The notes: generated by a model not told the origin, from the sequence alone. A stretch of 64,000 nucleotides of DNA from Minisyncoccota bacterium (GCA_041674225.1 JBAYWG010000001.1:102501-166500), one strand, 5' to 3'; counted from the stretch's first letter, positions 37,780 to 48,673 are shown. A program made the numbers and translations.

Positions 37780-38640
37780 CTCCACATTAACAAAAGAATT
37801 ATCTCTATCATGCACATTAAAGAAATAAGACGGCGGAGCAGCGGATTTTGGTGCGTCGATCTTGTAAATTTTATTCGTTTCTGGATTTACTATAATTGTA
37901 GGGTTGGTTGGTAAATTAGTATTATTTGGATTGTTTTCTACAAATAAATCCTTATCCTGTTCATTAACTACTGTAGTATTTGAAGATGTATAAATAACAT
38001 TTTGATTATTAGAATTATTTTGATTTGGAGGAGTGATACTTGTCACAAGTAAATCCCCTTCTTCAACTATTGAATCATTTAAGGAAAGTTGAATCTGAAT
38101 TGATTCGCCTCCTGAATTAATTGTCACTACCTGACCGTTCTCGGTATTTTCAATAGAATCAACAATTCCGATAATTTTTAAATTTGTATTATTAGAGCTA
38201 AGGAAAAAATCTTCCAATGTTGAATCAATCTCAGAAAGAGTTACGTGGTCAGAAAAAGTAAGTTTACAATCCTGGATAAAAACATTTGGAAATCCAAGTC
38301 GTGCAAATCTTTCACAAGAAACAGGTAAGTTGGTAATTTCCACAACTCTCCACAACTCTCCAATCCTTATCATGAAAAAATCTTTTTCTAATCCATCGTT
38401 TGCATCAGTTAATTTCCCGCGTGCAAAATTTCCAGCTAATTGTCCTATAACGATATTTTCTGGCACAACACTTCCAGAGCGCTCATCTATAGTTAAACTT
38501 TTTTGAATATCGTCTCTTTCTTTCTGTTCATCAACAGTATCTTCTGACGTCAAAACTAAAAATAAAATAATAATCGCAGTCAACAAAATAACTGTAACGG
38601 AAATTAGTAGAGTTTTTGCTATTCCTCTATTGCCTTGCAT
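37762..38640 (-). CDS. Hypothetical secreted/anchored protein with an Asn-rich low-complexity tract
   Basis: N-terminal TM. NNSNNQN repeats. Confidence 0.45.
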   Translation of the reverse strand: MQGNRGIAKTLLISVTVILLTAIIILFLVLTSEDTVDEQKERDDIQKSLTIDERSGSVVPENIVIGQLAGNFARGKLTDANDGLEKDFFMIRIGELWRVVEITNLPVSCERFARLGFPNVFIQDCKLTFSDHVTLSEIDSTLEDFFLSSNNTNLKIIGIVDSIENTENGQVVTINSGGESIQIQLSLNDSIVEEGDLLVTSITPPNQNNSNNQNVIYTSSNTTVVNEQDKDLFVENNPNNTNLPTNPTIIVNPETNKIYKIDAPKSAAPPSYFFNVHDRDNSFVNVELDGNF

Positions 38641-38661
38641 AGTTAAATTATAACAGCTAGA

Positions 38662-38982
38662 ATGTCATTCAACACTATGAAATTACTAGTAAAACCAACC
38701 CTTGTAACAGCCACAATAATTTACTTAATTGCACTATTACCTTCAGTAATACTCGCTCCATTTTCTTTTTTCCTATACGATTCTGGAAAAGAAACTACAC
38801 TTATTTTACATATTTTCGCAATCCTGTGGCTTCTTTTCCCGGTCACTCTAATTGTTTCAGTTTTAGGTTCTTGGCTGACAAATGTTTATAAAAGAAATAA
38901 TTTTGTAACTTTATTTCTTTTGCTTCCGATTGCTCATTGTTTACTACTAGTAGTTTTTGGTTTATTTCATTTTGCTGGATAG
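38662..38982 (+). CDS. Hypothetical small membrane protein (3-4 TM)
   Basis: ORF. Hydrophobic. Confidence 0.4.
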   Translation: MSFNTMKLLVKPTLVTATIIYLIALLPSVILAPFSFFLYDSGKETTLILHIFAILWLLFPVTLIVSVLGSWLTNVYKRNNFVTLFLLLPIAHCLLLVVFGLFHFAG

Positions 38983-39776
38983 TGCTTTTTCAAATATTCC
39001 ATAGACCCATACAATCCACCAAAATCTCCAAGTCCTGCCAACTTTAATTTAGGTAATTCAGGAAATCTAAAAGGGAATTTAGCTAGCTCATTTTTTAAAT
39101 CTTCTAAAACAAAAGTTTCAGTCATTCCACCACCAAGCACAACAACATCAGGTGACCAAAAAACAATCGTATTATGGATACCTGCCACGACATCAGTTAA
39201 AACTTCTTTTCTAACTTTCTCATCTTCTATATCTCTAAAAAGTAATCCATATTTTTCTTTCAATTCCGTACCAGCCACACTATGTAAATGTCTTTTATCT
39301 TGTGAATCAATAATTTGAAATCCTGGCTCAAATCCAAAATTATAAGAAAGTAAATTCTTTGCTATTACTAGTGACCCACCTATTCCTGTAGAAAATGTTA
39401 GATATGCCACAACCCTTTCGTCTTTTCCTGCGCCATGAACCGCTTCGCCTAGAGCCACCATGTCTGTGTCATTTTTTATAAAAACTTTTGCACCGGAAAG
39501 TCTAGATAAATCCTCGGCTAGAGGTTTCCCTATCCATGTTTTCAAATTTGGAGCTACGCAAAGTTTTTTTCCATCACGACTCAAAACACCCGCAACACCT
39601 CCGGCCATACATTCTATTTTCTGCCCTTTCGAAATTTTCATCAAAATCTCTGTGATTTCAGCAAGTGACTCAATGTAATCTGATGGAGTTTGGATAACAA
39701 TCGGTTCAGATATTCCAGAACCATCCACTGACGCGAATCTCATTTTTGTTCCACCAATATCAAATACAATATTCAT
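38967..39776 (-). CDS. ROK-family sugar kinase (glucokinase-like)
   Basis: DIGGTK…, NDTDMVALGE, STGIGGSLVI, VLGGGMTE motifs. Confidence 0.7.
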   Translation of the reverse strand: MNIVFDIGGTKMRFASVDGSGISEPIVIQTPSDYIESLAEITEILMKISKGQKIECMAGGVAGVLSRDGKKLCVAPNLKTWIGKPLAEDLSRLSGAKVFIKNDTDMVALGEAVHGAGKDERVVAYLTFSTGIGGSLVIAKNLLSYNFGFEPGFQIIDSQDKRHLHSVAGTELKEKYGLLFRDIEDEKVRKEVLTDVVAGIHNTIVFWSPDVVVLGGGMTETFVLEDLKNELAKFPFRFPELPKLKLAGLGDFGGLYGSMEYLKKHYPAK

Positions 39777-39800
39777 AAAGTTATTATACCGTGATAAAAA

Positions 39801-40793
39801 TTAATTAAAAATTTCTTTTGCTTCATCCCAAAATTCTGGATGGTTTTTTTGGTTCATGTAATACCACCATTCAGCTCCCCATAAATATTGATTTTCAAAA
39901 TTAGTTTCTTTTGCAAAAGATATTATTTCTTTAAATTTTTGAATATTCATTCTTTCAAGCTGTACGCTTACTGGAGTATCTACCACAGGTTGAAGAAGCC
40001 AAGGCTCCAAAGAAAGTTCAATCAGCATTGATTCTTTTTTACCACCTAAAATTTCCATCAAACTAGTTTTAAATCTATAGAAAGATGGAGGTAGATAAGA
40101 TTTAAACGGGCCAATGTCCTTGTTCCATAAATAGACATAAACTGATGTTCCAAAAGCATCACCTCTTTTCCAAGGAGAAATCCAAGTTCCAAGATTTCCA
40201 CTATCAGTCACAAGCACAGGTCGTGCATCATCTAGACTTTTTACCAACTCAATTTCTTTTTTCAAAAATTCTTCATCCAAATCTCCACAATGTTCTTTTG
40301 CAAATACTTCTAGATAAGGCTCGTTTTCAACTTGCCAATAGATAACTCCTTCCCTGTCTTTGTATCTATTCACAACAACTTCTATATATTCCAAAATTTC
40401 TTTTTGTTGAAATTCCCAAGACTCGTCTATTGCCCAACTAGGCACATGACATTCTGGCCAGCGCGGAAGTCTTCGTCCAATAGCTAAAATTATTTTTGCG
40501 TCTTTTTCTTCTGCCAAATCAATTTGTTTATCTAATTCAACAAAGTTCCATTGATCATTTTCTGGTTCTACCATATTCCAATGAGCCGCTAATCTAAATC
40601 TTCTTACACCTAAATCATTCAATATAGCTCGGTAAACTTCTTCCCAATCTAAATGTAGTTCTTTTGCGTACAAAGTATTAAAAGAAACACCATAATTTAT
40701 TTTTTCTGGAGCAGGTCTTTTTGATAAATAAAAATAGAAAATAGAAAGTGCAGCCAATAAAATTATTATAATAATCAGTATTTTTTTAAACAT
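39801..40793 (-). CDS. Clan GH-A glycoside hydrolase (GH5-like), membrane-anchored
   Basis: WQVENEPY (NEP acid/base strand) in a (beta/alpha)8-like context. N-terminal TM. Confidence 0.55.
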   Translation of the reverse strand: MFKKILIIIIILLAALSIFYFYLSKRPAPEKINYGVSFNTLYAKELHLDWEEVYRAILNDLGVRRFRLAAHWNMVEPENDQWNFVELDKQIDLAEEKDAKIILAIGRRLPRWPECHVPSWAIDESWEFQQKEILEYIEVVVNRYKDREGVIYWQVENEPYLEVFAKEHCGDLDEEFLKKEIELVKSLDDARPVLVTDSGNLGTWISPWKRGDAFGTSVYVYLWNKDIGPFKSYLPPSFYRFKTSLMEILGGKKESMLIELSLEPWLLQPVVDTPVSVQLERMNIQKFKEIISFAKETNFENQYLWGAEWWYYMNQKNHPEFWDEAKEIFN

Positions 40794-40795
40794 AA

Positions 40796-41731
40796 CTATA
40801 TAAATAATAACGAAAATCCTGTAACAATAATAGATACAGAAACAATCTTTTGAATGCGATCAATAATCTCGCAATGTTCTCCTATACACTTCGGAGCTTT
40901 GTGCCCCAAAAATATTGCAAACATAAGCAAGAATACAAATTGAAATCCAGAAAGCGCCTGCACAATTGCAACATCACCTAATTGAACAGCTTTCAATATC
41001 AATATTCCCGCAACACCCGCTAAAACTTTATTAAACAGAAGTAGAAAAACTCCACCCTTTCCAGCCTTTTTGGTTTCTGAAGCAACATTTCTACCACAAC
41101 AATTTGGAAGAAGAAGTAAAGATAGTGCTGTTAATGTAATAAAGAATCTAGACCAGAAAAAAGCATTGTCAAAACCGGTTTCATTGAAAAGCATTTTTAT
41201 CAAAACAAAATGTAATCCAAACAAAACTCCCGCCAAAAAACATTTAATAAAAAGTTTTCTTGTCATTCTGAAACGAGCAATCAAAAACATTCCAATCACC
41301 AAAAACAAAAATCCCCAAAGAAAATTACCGCTCAAACTTGTGTTCAAGAGATAGAAGGAAAATAATAACGAAGACACTGCGCTAATAGAACTCACAACTG
41401 GCACAACATCGGATGCTTCAGAAAGTAGGAAAGATGAAAATAAATTATATAAAGCATAAACAAAAGATACAGATGACAAAACACTCAATAATATAATAGG
41501 GATAGTTGGCCAAGATATATTTGCTAATGTTGGCAGAACCACTCCATCGATCGGAATTTTTATCCAACTAAATAAAAATATAAATATACTTAGAGAAGAT
41601 AAAACGCTTACATAAAATGTAAGCACAATCGGCCAACCAATTTTCCCAGAAGAAACAATGTATTTATCAATTATGGCAACAAAAGCATTTATTAGTTGAG
41701 CGACTATTACTAAAGAAATCCAAATTGCCAT
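40796..41731 (-). CDS. DMT-superfamily (EamA-like) transporter
   Basis: 10 TM helices in two repeats. Confidence 0.5.
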   Translation of the reverse strand: MAIWISLVIVAQLINAFVAIIDKYIVSSGKIGWPIVLTFYVSVLSSLSIFIFLFSWIKIPIDGVVLPTLANISWPTIPIILLSVLSSVSFVYALYNLFSSFLLSEASDVVPVVSSISAVSSLLFSFYLLNTSLSGNFLWGFLFLVIGMFLIARFRMTRKLFIKCFLAGVLFGLHFVLIKMLFNETGFDNAFFWSRFFITLTALSLLLLPNCCGRNVASETKKAGKGGVFLLLFNKVLAGVAGILILKAVQLGDVAIVQALSGFQFVFLLMFAIFLGHKAPKCIGEHCEIIDRIQKIVSVSIIVTGFSLLFI

Positions 41732-41732
41732 T

Positions 41733-42896
41733 TTAGTTTATTGTTAGAGAATTACTCTCACAGATTTTTTTATAATCATAAGCAGAATCACGAATTTTTC
41801 TTTCTTTTGTTTCGTAATCAATTTCTATCAAACCGAATCTTTGATCATATCCTTTTGCCCATTCAAAATTGTCAGTCAACGACCAGTACATAAAACCCTT
41901 CACAGGGACTCCATCTAGAACTGCTCGGTGAGTCCAATAAACTAAATCCTTTATATACTGACCTCTGTGAATATCGTCTCTATCAGCGATTCCCGCCTCG
42001 GCGACAAAAACAGGTTTGTTGTATCTTTTTAATTCAACCAAAGTATGAAAAATTCCTTCTGGAAATATATCCCAACCCATATCATTCTTTTTGTATTTTT
42101 TATTATCTCCAGATTTTCTATGAAAATAATAATTCAAACCGATCGAATCAAAATTATTTTTAATTTTATTCAGAAATCTAAAATTCCAATATTGTCTTAG
42201 AAAACCTGAAACCAATTTATTGATCGGATTTTTGTTTGAATGAAAATAAATATTATCTTTTACAATTCCCACTTCTGAAGTCAGATTTATTTTCTTCATA
42301 GCAAGATAAGCTTTTATATGAGCCTTTGCAACATTGTTAGTCACCTTCATTTCCATAAAAATATTCCTTTTAAATGGCGGCCAGTTACCTCTCATCCAAC
42401 CATTTGAAACCAAAACTTCTGGCTCGTTAATAGTCGCCCAATGCGAACAATATTTTGATAAATGGTTCATCACAAATTTGGCATATTTTTCAAAATATTC
42501 TGGAAAATCTTTGTTTTCTAAACCACCCTTTTTATAAAGCCATTCTGGAATAGTAAAATGCCAAAGAGTCACGAATGGTTCCAAGTCTCTTTTTTTGATT
42601 TCTCTCAAAACATTTTCATAATGTCTAATAGCTTCGATACTGAACTCCCCTTCTTCTGGCTCAATTCTCGCCCATTCAATAGAAATACGTGTCGCATTGT
42701 GCCCAAGTGACTTCGCAATATCAAAATCTTCTTTATATCGATTCCAGTGATCAGGCCCACTGTCTGCAATAGGAACTTTTTTAGAAGTTCTAGCTTCATA
42801 TGCCCAATCTGTATTATAAATATTTCCCTCTACTTGATACGAAGCAGATGCAGCTCCCCAGTAAAATCCTTTAGGAAATTCAAGTTTTTGTTCCAT
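41733..42896 (-). CDS. Glycoside hydrolase family 1 (beta-glucosidase-like), short form
   Basis: N-terminal FPKGFYWGAASASYQVEG (GH1 signature), WATINEP acid/base segment. Confidence 0.75.
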   Translation of the reverse strand: MEQKLEFPKGFYWGAASASYQVEGNIYNTDWAYEARTSKKVPIADSGPDHWNRYKEDFDIAKSLGHNATRISIEWARIEPEEGEFSIEAIRHYENVLREIKKRDLEPFVTLWHFTIPEWLYKKGGLENKDFPEYFEKYAKFVMNHLSKYCSHWATINEPEVLVSNGWMRGNWPPFKRNIFMEMKVTNNVAKAHIKAYLAMKKINLTSEVGIVKDNIYFHSNKNPINKLVSGFLRQYWNFRFLNKIKNNFDSIGLNYYFHRKSGDNKKYKKNDMGWDIFPEGIFHTLVELKRYNKPVFVAEAGIADRDDIHRGQYIKDLVYWTHRAVLDGVPVKGFMYWSLTDNFEWAKGYDQRFGLIEIDYETKERKIRDSAYDYKKICESNSLTIN

Positions 42897-42951
42897 TAAA
42901 AAATTATAACATACGGTATAATGTCATTTATATAATTTAAATAATAATTTT

Positions 42952-43941
42952 ATGATCAAATATCTTAGTGGCTTATTTATATTTTTTATAATATTTTATG
43001 CCAACAAAACAGAAGCTCATGTTCGTTATTTATTAGACGAGGAGACAGTTTCTCAGAACAGCGGAACAAACTTCAATCTTTTATGGGAGGCAATAAAAGA
43101 TCCTACAAATATTTCATTAGTTTTAGGCACAATATTTGTTGTTGTAATAGCAATAATAGCTTGCACTAAAATAAATATCTTAAAAAACAAATTAAACTCC
43201 ATCAAAAAACAAGCCGAAACATATCTAGTATTTACACCGTGGATGTTGAGACTAGCTCTAGGTATAGCTCTAATCGGTTCTGGTACAGCTTTTAATCTAG
43301 TATCACCAGCACTATCTGGTTATGAAGGATTTGCAACAATTCAGATTCTTTTAGGGTTTTTAATAATGGCTGGTTTCTTGGTAATACCCGCAACTTTATT
43401 AGCTGTTGCAATTTATTTTTATGCACTATTCCAAGATTTCTATATTTTAGGTAACTTGGATTTCCTAGCAGTAGCAATAGCTCTTTTAATTTTAGATAAT
43501 GAGAAACCAGGATTAGATGATCTAATTGGAATGCCTAAAATTTCACCTTTTTCAATTTTTAAAAAATATGTCCCACTAGTTTTAAGATTTGGAATTGGAG
43601 GAGCTATGATTTTTCTAGCGCTTTATGAAAAAATATTTAATCCAAACTTATCTGAATTAATAGTTTTAGGATTTGATTTGCAAAAAGTATTTCCAGTATC
43701 AGTAGGAATGTGGGTATTATCAACAGGTATTATAGAATTCGTAATAGGAATGTCTTTGATACTTGGATTATTTACAAGAGTTACATCAGCTATAGCTTTT
43801 ATAGTTTTATCTCTTTCATTCTTCTATTTTGGAGAAGATGTGGCATCACACATAACACTATTTGGAATACTAGCAGTACTGTTTATAACTTCAGGAGGAA
43901 AATACTCTCTTGATAATTATTTCAAGAAACAACAAAGTTAG
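42952..43941 (+). CDS. DoxX-family-like polytopic membrane protein
   Basis: The C-terminal half matches the DoxX pattern (…RFGIGGAMIF…GG.YSLD). Confidence 0.45.
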   Translation: MIKYLSGLFIFFIIFYANKTEAHVRYLLDEETVSQNSGTNFNLLWEAIKDPTNISLVLGTIFVVVIAIIACTKINILKNKLNSIKKQAETYLVFTPWMLRLALGIALIGSGTAFNLVSPALSGYEGFATIQILLGFLIMAGFLVIPATLLAVAIYFYALFQDFYILGNLDFLAVAIALLILDNEKPGLDDLIGMPKISPFSIFKKYVPLVLRFGIGGAMIFLALYEKIFNPNLSELIVLGFDLQKVFPVSVGMWVLSTGIIEFVIGMSLILGLFTRVTSAIAFIVLSLSFFYFGEDVASHITLFGILAVLFITSGGKYSLDNYFKKQQS

Positions 43942-44657
43942 ATTTTAATTTCAGAAAATTTGATTCTAGCTTCTTGAGAAGAATAAGCATAAGCGGCTAC
44001 AGCGTAAGGTTCAAAAAGGAAAACAACTTCTTCATTTTCAATGTAGAAATTTTTAAAATTTTCAATTTCAGGACCAGCTCCATCTGCAATCATTTCTGGA
44101 TTTGCGTTTTCTGCCAATTTATCAGAAATTATTTTTTTAACTAATTCTGAAATTTTGTTTACAGCATCTAATCCTCCAAATTCCCTCTTCACAAGATCTT
44201 CAATAGAAATAACACTATTTTGCTTATCAAAAGTTATAGTTTTATAAAAATGATTAGGATGTGCACCACCAAAATCAACAGACATCAAAAAAACAAAAGT
44301 ATCATATTTATTTCCCAAATGAGGTGTGAAAGTTCCAAACAGAGTATATGGTCTATCGAAACCAGATGGATGAGGGCTAAAACTAATAGCTTCTTCTTCA
44401 AAAGTTTTTATTAAACTATCTACAGTCTTTTTTATTTCTGCATTAACCTGTTCTTCATTAGTTACTGGAAAATCAAATTGGATTTCATAAGTTTCTTTTA
44501 AAATTTGTTTAGAAGAACTCGCAACAGTTAATTGTTCTGGCGTTGTATCCACAATTTCATCTTCAATTTTAGGAGCTTCCACAGTTTTGTTTAAAAACAC
44601 AAAATAAATTACTGCAGCAAAAGCAACTATTACAATTCCAATTAAAATATTTTTCAT
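43938..44657 (-). CDS. DUF4163/DUF3298 (RsiV/PdaC C-terminal-like) domain protein
   Basis: GGAHP motif and the two-domain layout typical of the family. N-terminal TM. Confidence 0.55.
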   Translation of the reverse strand: MKNILIGIVIVAFAAVIYFVFLNKTVEAPKIEDEIVDTTPEQLTVASSSKQILKETYEIQFDFPVTNEEQVNAEIKKTVDSLIKTFEEEAISFSPHPSGFDRPYTLFGTFTPHLGNKYDTFVFLMSVDFGGAHPNHFYKTITFDKQNSVISIEDLVKREFGGLDAVNKISELVKKIISDKLAENANPEMIADGAGPEIENFKNFYIENEEVVFLFEPYAVAAYAYSSQEARIKFSEIKI

Positions 44658-44658
44658 A

Positions 44659-45030
44659 TTAGTGTCCAGCAGCTAGTGCGTCTGCTTTTGTTTTGTGAAT
44701 AGTTCCGTCCGCATGTTCTGCTGGAGAATAAATTGTATAAAGTTTCAATTCCTCACTTCCTGTATTCACCACGTTGTGCAATGCACCAGCTGGTACAATC
44801 ACAGCAAATCCATCTCCACCTGCGACAACATCACCATCTATTGTGAATTCTGCCTCGCCTGCTTCAATACGGAAAAACTGATCATGTGTATCATGAACTT
44901 CCTTTCCGATTTCATCCCCTGGTTGAATTGTCATCAAAACTAATTGACTATTCTTTCCAGTGAAAAGAACTCTTCTATAATCTGTATTTTCTAATGTTTT
45001 TTGTTCGATATTATCAGCGTAAAATTTCAT
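44659..45030 (-). CDS. Cupin-domain protein
   Basis: G(X)5HXH-like (EVHDTHDQ) and G..P…H cupin motifs. 123 aa. Confidence 0.7.
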   Translation of the reverse strand: MKFYADNIEQKTLENTDYRRVLFTGKNSQLVLMTIQPGDEIGKEVHDTHDQFFRIEAGEAEFTIDGDVVAGGDGFAVIVPAGALHNVVNTGSEELKLYTIYSPAEHADGTIHKTKADALAAGH

Positions 45031-45049
45031 ACACTAATTATACCATTTT

Positions 45050-46747
45050 TTATTTTCGGTGTTCAACAAAAGTAAATGCCTTTCCTGTAGCATCTCCACG
45101 TCCTGTTCGTCCGATTCGGTGAACATAATCATCGTAAGTTTGAGGAGTATCAAAGTTGATAACGTGAGTTACGTTTGGAATATCCAGTCCTCGCGCAGCC
45201 ACATCAGTAGCAACCAAAATATTAACTTTTCCATCTTTGAAACCTTTCAAAGCTCTTTGTCTTTGTGGGTGACTTTTATCTCCGTGAATAGAGTCGGTCT
45301 TGAAACCTTCTTTTACTAAACATTTAGAAAGATTTTCAACACCTCTTTTAGTTCTTCCGAAAATAATTACTTTTTCGAAATCTGCTCCAGCCAACATTTT
45401 ACATAGAACATCATTTTTGTTTTCGTTATATCCAACTTTCACAATGTCTTGATCAATATTTTTTGAAGTTTCTCTTTTCTTTACAGAAACGTGTTCTGGA
45501 TTTTTTAAGAAATCGTGAATAAGCTTTTCAATTTGAGGTGAAAGAGTAGCTGAGAAGAATAGTGTTTGTCTTTCTTTTGGAAATCCAGACAAAATCCATC
45601 GCATATCATCGATGAATCCCATATCAAGCATTCTGTCCGCTTCATCAAGAACGATTGTTCCAAATTGACTTGTATCAATCATTTTTCTTTGGATCAAATC
45701 TTTTACTCGTCCTGGAGTACCAATCACGAAATTGTTTGGACGTCGTAGTTGATCGATTTGTTTTCCGATGTGCATACCACCAACGCAACAAGCAAAGTGC
45801 ATGTGATCATTTGATGTGAATTCTTTTAATTCGTCAGCAATTTGAATTGCTAGTTCTCGTGTTGGAGCTAGAATCAAAACTTTTTCTTTTGGAATAAGTC
45901 TCGCTTTTGTGATTAGAGGCAACAAGAAAGCTGCTGTTTTTCCTGAACCAGTATTGGCAAGACCTACAACATCTCTTCCTTCTAGAATAAATGGAATAGT
46001 TTGATCTTGAATCGGAGTAGGAGTAACGTATCCTTTTTTCTCAATCGCTTCTTTTAGTTTTGTATCAAAAGCAAAGTCAGCAAATTTGTGTTTAATTTTC
46101 ACAACATCTTCTTTTACAATTGCAGTAGTATCAGCTTTTGAAATAAATCGATTCATATCAATATTTTCTCCACGGTTATTTTTTGAACCTCTTCCACTAC
46201 TTCCGCCCGATCTTGCACCGTAAGAACCTCTTCCACCTGCGCTTGATCGACTACCATATGAAGATGAACCACCTGATCTTCCACCAAATGAAGGTTTTGA
46301 ACCGTATGAGCTTTTTCCATAACTTGATCCACCAGAACGACTTCCACCTGGTGTTCTTGGGCGACTTCCGTAACTTGATGATCCACTTGAAGTAGAAGAA
46401 CTTCCTGTTCGTGGTCTTGAACCATAAGATGAACCTTCTGAAGAACCTCTATCTGTTCGAGGTCTGCTTCCGTATGAAGAACCCTCCGCAGAATCACTTC
46501 TTGAACCAAATCTTGATGAACTTCTAGAATCACTTCTAGGTCGCGCAGAATATGATCCCGCACCTGCGTATGTTCGTTTTTTAAATCCACCTTCTGATCT
46601 ATCTGATGATCGTTCTGATCGATCTGACCTTTCTGGTCGAGCTGATCCTCCTGATCTTTTTGCTGCAAATCGAGAAGAAGAATTTCCTCTACTATTTCCA
46701 AAGTCACGCTTTGGTTTAGCGTCTTTTCTTTTTATTGTGTAAGCCAT
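45050..46747 (-). CDS. DEAD-box ATP-dependent RNA helicase with a ~190-aa N-terminal Ser/Arg/Gly/Tyr-rich disordered region
   Basis: Q motif (TPTPIQ), motif I TGSGKT, DEAD, SAT, HRIGRTGR. N-terminal repeats of SSYGSRPRT. Confidence 0.9.
   Translation of the reverse strand: MAYTIKRKDAKPKRDFGNSRGNSSSRFAAKRSGGSARPERSDRSERSSDRSEGGFKKRTYAGAGSYSARPRSDSRSSSRFGSRSDSAEGSSYGSRPRTDRGSSEGSSYGSRPRTGSSSTSSGSSSYGSRPRTPGGSRSGGSSYGKSSYGSKPSFGGRSGGSSSYGSRSSAGGRGSYGARSGGSSGRGSKNNRGENIDMNRFISKADTTAIVKEDVVKIKHKFADFAFDTKLKEAIEKKGYVTPTPIQDQTIPFILEGRDVVGLANTGSGKTAAFLLPLITKARLIPKEKVLILAPTRELAIQIADELKEFTSNDHMHFACCVGGMHIGKQIDQLRRPNNFVIGTPGRVKDLIQRKMIDTSQFGTIVLDEADRMLDMGFIDDMRWILSGFPKERQTLFFSATLSPQIEKLIHDFLKNPEHVSVKKRETSKNIDQDIVKVGYNENKNDVLCKMLAGADFEKVIIFGRTKRGVENLSKCLVKEGFKTDSIHGDKSHPQRQRALKGFKDGKVNILVATDVAARGLDIPNVTHVINFDTPQTYDDYVHRIGRTGRGDATGKAFTFVEHRK
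46250..46570. repeat. Imperfect tandem nucleotide repeats encoding the SSYGSRPR(T) low-complexity tail of the helicase
   Basis: Repeated peptide motif. The spurious overlapping ORF 46153..46707 arises from this repetitiveness. Confidence 0.5.
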
Positions 46748-46776
46748 TATTTATTTGTTAAATATTTTTTAATTAA

Positions 46777-48564
46777 TTATTTAACTCCGTTTTTCTTTCT
46801 ATCTGATTCTGTTAAGAATTTTTTTCGTAGGCGAATATTTTGTGGAGTAACTTCAAGATATTCATCTTCTCGCATCATTCCAAGAGCTCTTTCAAGTGTT
46901 AAGTCGAAAGGTGGAGTAAGCTGTAGAGCACCATCACTTCCTGATGCACGCATGTTTGTAAGTTGTTTTCCTTTTGTAGGATTAACTGTCATATCTTCAC
47001 CCTTTGTGGTGTAGCCAATAACCATACCCTCGTATACTTCAGCACTCGGACCTATGTAAAGGACTCCTCTGTCTTGGAGGTTGTCTAAAGAAAAACCAAG
47101 GGCTTTTCCTGTAGCCATAGAGACCATTGATCCGTATTCTGTTTTATTGATCGCACCAACTTTTGGTTGGAATGAATGGAAAACACTTGTCATGATTCCC
47201 TCACCTTTTGTATCAATAATGAATTCGTTTCTGTAACCTAAAAGACCTCGAGTTGGAACCTGGAAAACCAATTTTGCATGGTTATCTTTTGTTACCATAT
47301 TCATCATGATTCCTTTTCTATTTCCCATTTTTTCAATTACAACACCGGAAAATTCTTCTGGAACTAAAATGTTTACTTCTTCGAATGGTTCGTACTTTAC
47401 ACCATCGAGATCTTTAATAATTACAGTCGGTTGTGATACCGCTAATTCAAACCCTTCTCTTCTCATTCTTTCAATCAACACGGCTAAGTGAAGTTCTCCA
47501 CGACCATAAACTGTGAAGTAACCTTGTCCGTCGAAATCAACTTTCAATCCAACGTTAACTTCCAATTCTTTCTCAAGTCGATCACGAATTTGTCGAGAAG
47601 TTAGAAATTTTCCAACTCGTCCTCCAAAAGGTGAATCGTTCACTAGCATATTTAATGAAAGAGTTGGTTCATCAACTGCGATTGGAGAAAGTGATTCTGT
47701 TTTTTCATCATTAACTAAAGTCTGTCCGATGAAAATATCTGGAATACCAGCAATCATCACAATATCTCCAGCCACTCCTTCTTTTGAATCAATTTTACTT
47801 AAACCTTCGAAAGTGAAAAGTTTTGTAATTTTTCCAGGAAAAACTTTTCCTGAAGAATCTTTCACAAGAAGTTGTTGCCCCATTAAAAGTTTTCCTTTAT
47901 AAATTCGACAAACACCCATACGTCCAAGGAAGTTGTCGTATGCCAAGTTGAAAACTTGCGCTTGAAGAGGTTCATTAATTAATGCATCACTTGAAACAGC
48001 TGGAACTTTTTCCAAAATCAAATCCAAAAGTGGATTCAGATCTTTCAATTCATCATCCAACTTTCTTTTTGCAACAGCATTTCTACCAATTGCATAAACT
48101 GTTTCAAAATCTAATTGCTCATCTGTAGCACCTAGGTCGAAGAAAAGTTCGTAAACTTGATCGTGCGCCCATTGAATATCTGCAGCTGGTTTATCAATTT
48201 TATTTAGGACAAGAATTGGTTTAAGACCAAGCTCCAAAGATTTTTTCAAAACAAATTTTGTTTGTGGCATTGGACCTTCTGCGGCATCTACCACAAGTAA
48301 AACTGAATCAACACTTCTCAAAACTCGTTCAACCTCAGAACCGAAGTCGGCGTGACCTGGTGTATCTAGAATGTTGATTTTTGTTCCTTTATAAAACAGA
48401 GATGTGTTTTTAGCATAAATAGTAATACCACGCTCTTTTTCAAGATCGTTTGAATCCATTGATACCCCTCCTTCAATCATATTATTTTGAACAAGGAGAG
48501 CATCTGTAAGAGTAGTCTTTCCGTGGTCAACGTGGGCGATAATCGCTATATTTCTTATTTCCAT
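46777..48564 (-). CDS. typA: Translational GTPase TypA/BipA
   Basis: [18 protein letters not shown]. BipA-type C-terminal domain. Confidence 0.9.
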   Translation of the reverse strand: MEIRNIAIIAHVDHGKTTLTDALLVQNNMIEGGVSMDSNDLEKERGITIYAKNTSLFYKGTKINILDTPGHADFGSEVERVLRSVDSVLLVVDAAEGPMPQTKFVLKKSLELGLKPILVLNKIDKPAADIQWAHDQVYELFFDLGATDEQLDFETVYAIGRNAVAKRKLDDELKDLNPLLDLILEKVPAVSSDALINEPLQAQVFNLAYDNFLGRMGVCRIYKGKLLMGQQLLVKDSSGKVFPGKITKLFTFEGLSKIDSKEGVAGDIVMIAGIPDIFIGQTLVNDEKTESLSPIAVDEPTLSLNMLVNDSPFGGRVGKFLTSRQIRDRLEKELEVNVGLKVDFDGQGYFTVYGRGELHLAVLIERMRREGFELAVSQPTVIIKDLDGVKYEPFEEVNILVPEEFSGVVIEKMGNRKGIMMNMVTKDNHAKLVFQVPTRGLLGYRNEFIIDTKGEGIMTSVFHSFQPKVGAINKTEYGSMVSMATGKALGFSLDNLQDRGVLYIGPSAEVYEGMVIGYTTKGEDMTVNPTKGKQLTNMRASGSDGALQLTPPFDLTLERALGMMREDEYLEVTPQNIRLRKKFLTESDRKKNGVK

Positions 48565-48673
48565 AAATTAAATGAGCCAAGAGTTTAACATAGTTTTAAA
48601 TGGATGTACAGGGTTTTGGGGGTTTTAAAGAAAAATAGCCTCAAATTTGTAATAAGAGGCTATACATGGCTTT

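Noticed and set aside
46153-46707. ORF 46153..46707 (-), 184 aa, full of Q/D/H/L/E/V repeats
   Set aside because: It is an alternative frame of the tandem repeats that encode the helicase's SSYGSRPR tail, nested entirely inside the well-supported DEAD-box helicase gene.
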